A DNA stretch of 64,000 nt from Octopus sinensis. Taxonomy: Eukaryota. A model generated the notes under the pieces. The model saw only the letters and a list, made by a program, of their open reading frames with translations. It searched no databases and had not been told where the DNA came from. Location of the stretch: assembly GCF_006345805.1 (NCBI RefSeq), contig NC_043021.1, forward strand, positions 1,240,001 through 1,304,000, given 5' to 3'. Within the stretch, counting starts at the first letter, position 1. Each line of letters begins with the position of its first letter. Below, piece after piece: positions 13,206 through 64,000 of this stretch. A program made the position numbers and the translations under genes.

Positions 13206-16200
13206 TACACGCACACACACACTAATGTACTCATAACTGTCAATAATTACATGAAATGTATTTATGGTTATTAAATGTCCTCAGAACAATTGTAAAATGT
13301 TTGGAGTGAATAATCCATCCTCTAGTTCCTTATTACCAATTTATACATGCAGACTGGATACGTACTCCAGGAGTATAGACAAAGATAGCTTGTATACATA
13401 ATGCCGGTTGTGTACACGTGGAGAATGAAAAATATTGTTTCCATCTGATCTGAAGATTTCGGGCAACCCTACTTTCCTCAGAATGTTAACAGTTCAGAAC
13501 AATAGTATTGTTGTTGTTGTTGTTGTAGTCGTTGTTTTGCACCAGGTGACCGTCACTGAGCCAAAGGTATCCCAGCCATGATCATCCCGTCATTTTGCAA
13601 ATTAAAAACTACTTTGTCCAAGGTAACCTTTCCTTTTTTAAGACAGGTGATTGAAGGAGTTTCGCTGTTGTTCCTCGTAGAGGCTCCCTCGTTGGCTCAT
13701 GGCTTTTATTTATTGTTGTCGGTGGCAGAATGGGCCCAGGAGAACCTAGTGTTCATCACACAAATTATTCTCCTCCCCACTATTGCCCATTATTCCCAAA
13801 TTCTTTACAAACCTAACTGCACTTCTCACCTTTCCACTGCGAAGATTCCGAATCTACAAAAAAAAAAAAAAGAAAAAAATTTGCCACTTGAAAACTTTAT
13901 TGCATCGCCAGCTTGCAAATTGTCTTCACATCCCGATTGCATTCAGTAAACTAGTCAACTGCGACAAGCAGTGCTTTGTAGGGTGTGTTCGAAATGCTGT
14001 TACAGCCGTCTCCTTCAGTTTGGAATAATAAAAGTTGGTAAGTCAGCTTGTTAGATGTACAGTGATATGCTAAAATTAGAATAATCTAGTACGGTTATAA
14101 CTGCCTCTCCTTAAATGTCTAAAAACCTCTGGAATGCACCTCGTGTATGGGTGTTGTGTTTATGTTCGTCTATGATATTACGGTTGGCTAAATATTTCCT
14201 TTTTCCTCTTTTCTATTCATTCAAAATTACGAATACAATTATACTGAAAGACTTGTTTTTGTTTCTCTGTTTGGGTATATGGAGGAGGGGTCTATTTTCG
14301 TGAATAGTTAATTATTAGGGACGGTATTCTGTCTCTTCCACGCCTTCTTTTAACTGTTTCTTCCTTTCTCTGTTTTCTACTCGACTAATTCACCTTTTCT
14401 TATTCTCTTATTTGGAGCACTCGCACTTTTTATCCCTACGCTCTAATTCTTAACTGCTATGCCCTTCATTCATCTGACCATCCCTAAATTTAACCTTTTC
14501 ACACCACTTTGCTCTCTCCGCCTTCTCTTTTTACTCCCTCACCATTCGCCCACACATCCTTCGATCTCCCTTTTTATTCTCTTCCTTATTCTCAAGCGAA
14601 CCGTAAAACCCCGAAACATATTTTATACCCATCACGACAATATAACTTAGAGAAAACTTTAATTTTGAGAGCCATAGACACGCTGTCTTCTCTGTTTCGT
14701 CAAACGATTCTTTGCAGAGACTGATTCTTGGAGTAAACTAGTTACTTGCAGCCTCCCGCTAAGTCCATCCGACCTATTTATCCCTCTTCCTCATTTATAC
14801 TATCTCACTACACCAGCGACTGTGCCTACCTTTCCTTCAAAGAGCATCAATCCTCTACAAATAAGTTTTCCATACACCTTTTCTTTCTGCCGTCGTTGCA
14901 ATTGTTCAACGTGAACATCACCACAGTCAGCTTCCCCGTCTCAGGAAATGACGTAAATAATATTGGATCTTGTCTTTTTCATTCGCAAAATATGCATTTT
15001 TAAAAGACAGTAAAATATCTGAAAATTGCCTTTAATAGTAAAGTTTAGCGTTTAGCGGAACGGTGTCGACTTTAAGGTAGTCCCCTGTAAAGTTTATGGT
15101 TTAGCGTCCGTGAAATAACTTCTTCATTGTGTCTAAATAAACAGAAATCCCTAATAAAATCAACCTGGATCATCTTACTGTTTCTTTTCTCTCTTCGTTG
15201 ATTGTATGGTTTTTATTATTTTTTTAAAAATTTGTTTTGTTAATATATTTGTCTGCACGTGTTTACTTTATGCGTATTTCTGTATTATGTATACCTGTCA
15301 TGTATTTGTGTACATCATTAATATATAAGTACGTGTGTGCGCGTGCGTGTGTCTCCAAAACTTCAAAGTTGAGTAACGTTTTCGTGTTTGGATTTGTAAA
15401 CTACGATAAGAATAACACTGGTCAACAATTTGTCCCAACCAAAAGAATACCTGTATCTTATACGTTTTGGTATGCAGAATTAAAAAATAATAAGAATCAA
15501 CACATGCAGGTGAAACACAACACAACGTGCAGTTGTCATGGTAACAAGCTGTTAATGCCTCGCTGTCTGTTGATTGGCTAAACTTACCCAAATTTCCCAA
15601 CTTTAATTCCAAATATCAGATTCTTTAATTTACAATTGGTTGATCGTAATCAAAACCCAGAGTTGTATTGATACAACAAAATTGAAAGTAATCTGAGCAA
15701 AATTAGGGAGGGGGCTCATTTTGCGAATGAGAAAGACTAGATCCCTAATATTTTCTCTTAAATAAACCTTTAAATACCTACCACTACCACCTACATCTCT
15801 CAACCCAAGTATTTCTGCCAACTTCGCTGGTGTATCTTTTAATTTCCACTTCATTTTTACTATTAAAAGCCACTTTTCACATTTATCTGAAACTCATATT
15901 TTTCTTTAACAACTGATGTCTTTCGTCACAAAGGAAAATAATTTTATCATGTTTTATAAATATTTGTATTACATTTATTTTTTACTCGATATTTTAGAAA
16001 TTCTTTCATAGTTATTTCAGAATTATTTTTTAATTACAGAAAATCTGTCACATACTCGTAATAAATATATTTTACATATCTGATTTTCAATCATCTGCAT
16101 TTTCATTGCTTTTCTATGAATTCATAGAAATTTGCTCAAGATTTCAGTTGAGTTAATGATGATCACAGCTTATTCCCGGAATAGACTTTTTGCTATTTAT

Positions 16201-16810
16201 TCCTCATAATTATTTTTGCTACACAAAAACAAGAAGAAAAAAAAAAGACTTTTTAACGTTTAATTTTAGGTGTCTAACATATTTTTGTGCATGCTTATAT
16301 TATAGTTAATTAAGCGGTCTTAACATTTGTATCTTTGACATTGGTTTCACCCTGTTATCTCTCTGTCTGCATCAAATGCCCAATACACAGACGTGCTTTC
16401 TTCTTATTTTGTTTCTTTTCTTGCTATTCCACTAATTTCTGATTCCCTGAACAACTTCAATTGATATCACCTCCATCCTCGCACATCCACTCAACACATC
16501 TCTCTTCATCTCGTCTTTCTTATTTTCCTCATATCCGACTCTCATCTTTACACCAACCACTTTGCCCATTCCTTCCTCACCTGAATGTTATTTCTCTGCA
16601 ATTGTTTCCCTTTCCATACTTTTCCTGCAGTTCAGCAAGGGAATCACTTGCATCTTTCACAAATCTCGAACCCTATGCAGAAACTCCCACTTCCTTTCTC
16701 TTGACCAAATCCTTGAGAAAACAACCACGATATATTATGGGGTTTTGTGGGGGTTTTACTTCTTTCGGTGTGTCATTTGATGAGATAGTGTTCCCCACTC
16801 CCAAATGGGC

Positions 16811-17365
16811 TTAGTGCTCCCTACACCACATGTTTTTAGTGCTCCCTACACCACATGTTTTTAGTGCTCCCTACACCACATGTTTTTAGTGCTCCCTACA
16901 CCACATGTATTTAGTGCTCCCTACACCACATGTTTTTAGTGCTCCCTACACCACATGTTTTTAGTGCTCGCTACTCCCACATGTTTTTAGTGCTCGCTAC
17001 TCCCACATGTATTTAGTACTCCCTACTCCTACGTGTAGCCAGTACTTTCTACTCCCGCATGGAGTTAGTGCTTCCTACTCCAACATGGATTTAGAGCTTC
17101 TACTCCCACGTGTAACCAGTACTACTTATTTACGAATGTATTTAATGCTTCCTATTCCCACATGTAGCCAGAACTTTCTACTCTTACATGTATTTAGTGA
17201 TCCCTGCTCCAACATGCCTTTAGCACTCCCTATTTACACATGTATTTAACTCCCTACTCTCACATGTAATTAATACTCTCTTCTTCCACCTCATACTAAT
17301 GTTGCTATCAATTCCTATGAAATATAGAAACTAGAAACTGCTTCCTACTCCCACATATATTTATG
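16811..17365. repeat. 25-bp minisatellite TTAGTGCTCCCTACACCACATGTTT, decaying rightwards
   Basis: Exact 25-bp period from 16811 for ~6 units, then variant and degenerate units. Confidence 0.93.
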
Positions 17366-17479
17366 TAGCAACATTAGAAGCCAACCATTTATATTTCGCG
17401 TTATCTTTGCAACTGAAAAGAAGGTCTGCTACGTGTGTTTGGTGATAAAAAAAAATGAATCATAGTTACAGATATAAAA

Positions 17480-18205
17480 TTCCAAAACGAAGCTGGTTAG
17501 ATTTCGAACAACAGAAGCCTGAACTTTAAACATGCTGATGACAGAGACGTCAACCATAGTGAACAACTACAAAGGCACAATTTTATATGGCCAATATTTT
17601 TACGAACTGAATGTCACCTTATATCAATAAAAGGTTATCTCTGACCTCGTCGAATAAATCCAGACTGATTGGGACAATAAACGTAGCAATGTTCTCCATA
17701 CAGGAAACAGATCATCACTAACAGATAAACTGAAAGGAATATTGACAACTCATACAATACAGATGATAAACGTTGCCTATATGGAACATTTCCTGAAACG
17801 ATATACCACATTATATCAGGTTATCCCACACTAGGTACGACAAAATAATATAGCAAAGCTAGTCTATATACGCCTAGCCACGCACACTATGTCATCTGTT
17901 TCAAGCAAAAGCTCCCATAGCAACGTCTATATATCTTAGAAGACAAGGTAAAAGTACTATGGAGCGTTAATATCCAGACAGATATTTAGATGGCAGCTCA
18001 GCATAACCTAGGCAGCCAAACCCATGACAACAGGAATGTATTAATTATTGACACCTACAAAAATCAGTATTGCTTGAAACTGCAAGAATTCTTCGCAGTG
18101 TTCTTGAAGTAGGACCAGTAAACAAGGTTACTTTAGTCTGCTGCCTGTGGACAACTGGCACTTTCCATGATACCCAACAAAATAAACTCAGAGTTTTCCT
18201 CAAAT

Positions 18206-18252
<47 letters not shown>

Positions 18253-18360
18253 TAATAATGATAATATAGACGCAATACCAATACTAATTGGTGCACTTAA
18301 AAGTATCAGCACTCAACTACCAGCATGGTTGAAAAAGATCGGAACATCGTCATACTTATC
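17480..18360 (+). mobile_element. Highly degraded R4/Dong-like 3' remnant
   Basis: Scattered RYDKI, NIQTD and PILIGAL-like motifs in the expected order. Confidence 0.45.
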
Positions 18361-19093
18361 AGCCATTAACCCTCTAGAGAAAGCGACAGTGGAATTTTCA
18401 CCGACCTCATTGCCCGACTGGCAGAGGAATGTGAGCGCCTTACGACACTCAGTTTAGCTGCCTGCGTTTCCTCCAATAGTTCTTTGTACAATCTTTTGTT
18501 GATTTTGGTTGCGAAATTTCCTACCCCATCCGGGTATTTGTTTTTAAAGGTGTTGTGTGTTTTTTTTGATGTTTGGATGAATGTTATGTGTCTTGGCGAG
18601 ATGGTTGTTGATGCGATTAAGTCTGTGCGTGCGATGACAGTGTGGTTATGTATGTATTGCATTAAATTTCTATCGTTTATATTCATCACCGTGTAGTTTA
18701 TGATGTTTTGCTCCTGTGCTGGACTGGGCGATGTATGGGTTGTGTGTATGGGAAGGGCTGCGCTTGCGATGGCGGTGTCCGTGTTAGTGGTGGTGGTGGT
18801 AGAAGTAATGAGGATGGAGCTGTGTTTGGGGTTGCTCAAAGGCATTTCTCCTGTTTCTTCATCATTTTCGTTTGGTTGCTTCTGTTTTTTTTTCTTCTTT
18901 TCGGCTCGTCCCCCTCCTCCTCATTGCGGGACACATCTGATTGGTCCGAAGAGTGGGGAGGGATACGTCCTGGAGTTGTTTTCCGTGATTTGAGGTTGTT
19001 TTTGTTTTCTGTGTTTGATGTTATTCTTGTTGTTAGTGGTGGTGGTGATGGTGGTGGTGATGGTGGTGATGGTGGTGGTGGTGGTGGTGGTGC

Positions 19094-19126
<33 letters not shown>

Positions 19127-21381
19127 TGGTGCTGCTGGTGCTGCTGGTGCTGCTGGTGCTGCTGGTGCTGCTGTGGATGTTGCAGCCTGTTCCACCTTCC
19201 TGCTCTTTGTGCCAACCACTTAATATATAATCGTCCGCAAATTTGTACTTTCCTGGACAGATGCGGATACGTTTAGTTAGATATTTCTCCCAACTTTTCT
19301 TAACATATTTCTGGAACCTCTATACTCATCTTCATGCAGAAAAGTCTCCTCGCACGTTTCCCTTGAGGCTGCTGCGAACCCCGTACACTTGAGTTTAAAA
19401 CTTTCGTCTCTTTGCTTCATTTGCTTTTCTTTAATAATTTTGTCGGTCGTTGCTTGACTTGCTGCTGCCACTAGTGGTGGTGGTGGCGGTGGAGGTGATA
19501 ACGTTCTCACAGATGCTGTTGGTGCAATACTACACAGTGGCTGTGTGAGCTACGAAATCCTCGTCGCCACTGTTATATCGCTCGTTCCGATGACCTCTAT
19601 TCAACTCCCGACGTCTAGACTTCTCCCTCTATATCTACGTATTTGGCTAGCCTACTTCATCGTCTGGGGGCGTCCACATAACACACTCAGAATACGTTTC
19701 TGGGATCTGCTACTGTTTTTTCTTGCTCTTTAAATTCTTGAGCAGAAAGCTCTCCAGTAGCTCCTTCTTCCACACATTTAACATTTGTACCATCTGTCTA
19801 AATGATTTTTATTTTTCTGCACCACATTGAGGTATTGTTCCTGAAAAACGTTCCCCCACTGGACCATATATTTATTCGTCTTACTTCTGCTCTCACCACC
19901 AATTATTATGTTGCAAATGTTATGACGACGTTTCAAAGGTCAACATCACAATGTTTCTGGCTGCGACCATTGTTTTTCGCCGCCCTATGAATTGCGCTAC
20001 CAGTATATGAACGCGCCTATTTCATCTGTCATCACGCCCTTCCGCATGTCCTGCTCTGATCGATAAACAAGAACTTTTTACATACACCAGCCATGGTTTA
20101 TACCTACTGTTTTTCTTCGTTTTTTTTTTTTTGCGTGGATATGTATTTGACAAAACAAGCAATGTCACTTTCTTCCTGACTCATTCTTGGATGTACTCTA
20201 CGGATAAAAAGGCAACGCCCTTTGTAATAGACCTCTCTCCCTCTCTCATTTTTGCTTTTCCTGAAGTTGATCTTTTGGCGAGCATGTCCCTTAGTGGCTA
20301 ACCACAATAGCAACGATGTTATTAAAATGCTTAACACACACAAGCAGTAGTTTCTCTTTGAATATTTAAATATTCTTTTGAGGTGGAAACGATCGTAAAT
20401 TTTCTCACCATCCTTGTAGGTTTTTGCTCCTGCTGTATTAGTGAATGCTCTGTTTACAAATATTTTTTTAAATGTTTAACGACAAAAACTTCAAAATGTA
20501 ATGCCTTTCATTCCCACAAACGGGGAATACACAAGACTTCTTACCTCTCTATATAAAGGGCTTCCATGAACGTGATATACATAACATCTTAAAGGATGTC
20601 ATAAAAGGAATTCCAACATTCTTTCCGAAACTCACGGGTCCATAAAATAAACGTCTATCATAGACAAAGCCAAAAATAATAACAATAATAGTTTCTAACA
20701 TAGGAATCTGGCCAGAATGGGAGAGAGGGAAACAGTCGGTTATATCGACTCCAGTTCTTGACTGGGATTCTATTTTATTGATCTCTATTGGATGAAAGGT
20801 GAAGTTGAACTCAGTGATTTTTTGACTCCGAACGTAAAGAGTCATTACAGATACCACCACCAAACAATTTTCCCTCGAACAGTTTTACGTGCAAAAATAA
20901 TTTAAACGATGGACTTTTAAGAAGTAAACTTATATTTAATTGATCTGTCATCCGGTTTCAATTCCTTTTTGTACACAGTTTCATTCACTTTATACTCTAA
21001 TTCTTTGAAAAAGAGTTCCTCACCTGCCCCACGCCCAGAAATATGATAGTTACGAAAATGGTATCTATTATTAACTATTGTCCTAATTATGGCAACATCG
21101 AATACTTTTTCTTTTCTCGAATGCTTTTATTTTGACGTCATAATATAATTGATTAAAAAAAAATGTGAAAAACGTCATAACCTTATCTCCGGAAATAAAT
21201 TTATTTTAAATATATTTTTTTAATCTTCGTTTCTTTAAAATGTTTACTCAAAATACCAAACTCACCACATGCTAAGTATGTGGTTAGTGGTTCAAATTCG
21301 TTTCGCATTAGGAAGGTTTTTCGTAATTTTTCAAAGACTAACATATTCTGAAAAAAAAAAAATATTTGTTCAAAAAGCAAT

Positions 21382-60905
<39,524 letters not shown>

Positions 60906-60939
60906 GTAAGTAAAATTTAATTTTAGTACCTCTATGTAA

Positions 60940-60986
<47 letters not shown>

Positions 60987-61103
60987 TGCATACATACATA
61001 CTACACAAGCACACACATATATAACAGCGTACATGAATATTTGCATACTCATACTAATTCATACGCACGTATATATACATACACAATTATATATATATAT
61101 ATA

Positions 61104-62000
61104 CTTCCCCAACGTCAAATGGCCCGCAGGTATCATACTCTCAGGAATGAATCATTGCAAGCAAGTACAGGTGTGGTCCCTGCTCAACCTCACCAACGCC
61201 TTATTCATAGAGCAAGTTGTACTCAAACCAACTAGGGCGAATAACATTCTGGATCTCTGTTTCACGAACAATATGGACATCATTCATGATGTGTAAGTGA
61301 CACCGACACTAGTTTCGGATCACAACATAATAGAGCTGTCTATGTTTGGGCCAAAAGTAACCAGAGACATACAGCCTAAAGGAAGCACCCGAAATCTCTC
61401 CAATCTGAACTTCCACAAAGCAGATTGGAAATCGATCCAAAAAGAGATCCTCAGAGAGGACTGGCTGGAATGTCTCTCCACACCAGACATTGACATGAAA
61501 CTAGAATGTTTCATGTCTTCTGTGCAAGCCGTATGCCAGAAATATGTTCCAGAGCACAAGGCCAAAACAAATAGAAGCAAGATTCCAAGAGACAGGAAGA
61601 TCCTCATGAGACGACGGACGAAGGTTGCAAATCGTCTCAGCCAACATCCCAAAAGTAGCGAAACTTCCCGCCTAAAAACAACACTGATGGAGATCGAAAA
61701 AAGGCTGCAACAATCCTATGTGAAGGAGAAAGCAGACAAAGAAGCCTGGGTTATAAAAAACATTAAATCAAACCCAAAGGCCTTCTTTCATTACGCGAAA
61801 GAAACAGTCTCAGTACACTACAAGATAGGACCCCTCCTCCAAAAGGATGGCTCCCTCATAGACAGTCCAACTATGATCAGTGAGATGCTGAATGACCAGT
61901 GAAAAGTACCTTTACCACCCCGTTGGAACACAGACAAGTGAACGAACCAGTGGACTTCTTTGCCGCCTCACCTACAACCAGCGAGGCGGTTACAATAGGA
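61104..62000 (+). mobile_element. CR1/L2-like LINE endonuclease/linker fragment
   Basis: FPNVKW, PTRANNILDLCFTN, SDHNIIE, NFHKADW, KSNPKAFFHYAK. Confidence 0.88.
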
Positions 62001-62401
62001 TGTATTGACATTAGCGAAAAGAGTAGTGGTTTAAGGTACACTTGCAAAGAGAAAGTAGGAGAAATTAGGGTGTTAGCATGAGTGAAGCAGTTCATCCCTG
62101 TTATATAAATAGTTTCACTTTAATCGTTGCACACTTGCAAAGAGAAAGTAGCAGAAAGTGAGGTGGTAATTGTAGGAGTGAAGCACTTTAAATGAAAGAG
62201 GGAAATGGTAAAATATATACTTTTCTCGAATTTTTGCTTAATTGGGGGTGAAATTTAAAAAAACTTTACATGCCACGACCCGAAGAAACCTACTTGTAAA
62301 AATGATAGGTAAATTCCAATTGAAGAAATTCTATATTGTAGAATTGTATAAAAAACAAACGGTTTGGGAGGCAGATAAAATCTGCCTTTTATCATAAGAG
62401 A

Positions 62402-62419
<18 letters not shown>

Positions 62420-62442
<23 letters not shown>

Positions 62443-63203
62443 GGCAGTTTGTCTGTCTGTGTGTCTGTCAGGTTGTACCCTCAACCTGACCACGGCTTTC
62501 AACCGATTCTGATGAAACTTGACACACACGTAGCCCAATGTCATAATTCAAAACTAACGCAGCGAACATTTTGAAAAGTTCCCCCAGTTCTGAAAAAAAA
62601 TCGATAAATTCGACATGGGTCGAGAATCTAAGCTTTTTATATGCAACACATTTTCTACAGACTGTCTTGGGGACGCAACTCGATCTTTTTAACTCTCCCA
62701 AAATGTATAAAAATGTACAAAAACGGCAAAAAAGCGGGCAGCAATGTGAGTGACAACAACGAAAAAGTCAAAAGTGACCAAACAGAACAAACGAATGGAA
62801 AAGGTTTTTTGATGCACACGACAAAAGCGGTTTATAATAACACAAGAGTTTACAAGTAGCGTCCGAGGACCCCTAGGGTAGGTCAAAAATTTAAGGTAAA
62901 ACGTTTGGGGTGGTAGTTATAAAGAAAGTGTAAACAAAAAAAGTATTCGAATAACTTGCGGCTGCAGCAGCTATTAGCAGAAGTGGCGGTGATGGGGGTA
63001 AAGTCTCGAATGTAATTTCTTCCTGGTAGGAATTGGTTGGGTTGAATTATCGATAGCTGTTTGATAGTTATTTGGGAGTGAAGAGAAGACATTGCAACCT
63101 ACACATGCGCCTTCGTTCCCTAGAGGGAAAGGACTAGATTGGGATTAGTCGTTGCCTACTAGGGGCTCTTACATACCCGAGCAACGCCGGGCTATGCTGC
63201 TAG
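62420..63203 (+). mobile_element. Non-autonomous Helitron
   Basis: 3' hairpin CCCG-AGCAACGC-CGGG (63176-63191) followed by CTAG (63200-63203) and T; embedded in (TA)n; 5' end imprecise. Confidence 0.8.
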
Positions 63204-63252
63204 TTATATATATATATATATATATATAATAATATATATATATATATGTATG

Positions 63253-63285
<33 letters not shown>

Positions 63286-63317
63286 GTATATATATATGTA
63301 TATGTATATATATATAT

Positions 63318-63348
<31 letters not shown>

Positions 63349-63715
63349 TATGTATATATATGTATATGTATATATATATGTATATGTATATATATATGTA
63401 TATATATAAATATGTATATGTAATATATATGTATATATATAATATATATGTATATATATATAATGTATATATACATATACATATGTATATATACATATAC
63501 ATATATATATATACATATACATATGTTAATAATATATATAATTAATATATATATATATACACATGTATATAATATATATATATGTATGTATATATACAAA
63601 TACATATATATACATATATATATATGTATATATATATATGTATATTATATATGTATATATATAGTGTGTATATATGTATGTATATATATATATGTATATA
63701 TATGTATATATATAT
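63204..63715. repeat. Long degenerate (TA)/(TATG) microsatellite
   Basis: Direct reading; one of many (TA)n, (CA)n and (TATG)n tracts in the window. Confidence 0.95.
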
Positions 63716-64000
63716 AGTGGCTGTGTGGTAAGTAGCTTGCTAACCAGCCACATGGTTCCGGGTTCAGTCCCACTGCGTGGCATCTTGGGCAAGTGTCTTC
63801 TGCTATAGCCCCGGGCCGACCAATGCCTTGTGAGTGGATTTGGTAGACGGAAACTGAAAGAAGCCCGTCGTATATATGTATATATATGTATGGGTGTGTG
63901 TGTATATGTTTGTGTTTGTCCCCCTAGCATTGCTTGACAACCAATGCTGGTGTGTTTACGTCCCCGTCACTTAGCGGTTCGGCAAAAGAGACCGATAGAA
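63716..64000 (+). mobile_element. tRNA-SINE family A (runs off the window)
   Basis: Reverse complement of the 7263 copy body. Confidence 0.9.

Noticed and set aside
7246-13243. Many ORF-track entries rich in YI, HT, VC, poly-S/L/T
   Set aside because: These are translations of (TA)n, (CA)n, (TATG)n and trinucleotide microsatellites; the same applies throughout the window.
60906-64000. Terminal SLC6 exon
   Set aside because: No acceptor followed by a plausible C-terminal frame was found; the region is LINE, Helitron, SINE and microsatellite sequence.

Overview
AT-rich, microsatellite-dense animal genomic DNA. The SINE families suggest an Octopus genome (inference from recalled repeat families). 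One host gene is present: a + strand SLC6 (NSS) Na+/Cl- dependent amino-acid transporter, PROT/GlyT-like. I traced 14 coding exons (21382-60905, 671 codons), all with AG/GT boundaries and consistent phases; the last exon(s) lie beyond the window. The rest is transposon debris: R4/Dong-like, CR1/L2-like and RTE LINEs, Penelope-like fragments, Helitron/Helentron pieces, mariner fragments, a MITE, several tRNA-SINE families, minisatellites and microsatellites. Four observations stand out. (1) A Penelope-type insertion has inverted terminal repeats made of a tRNA Pol III head plus a minimal hammerhead-ribozyme motif. (2) A 5S rRNA-headed SINE shares a covarying 3' stem-loop with tRNA-SINEs and a LINE tail. 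(3) A perfect 121-bp intronic foldback is present. (4) Several nested or microsatellite-targeted insertions can be reconstructed. All assignments come from reading motifs by eye; no searches were run.
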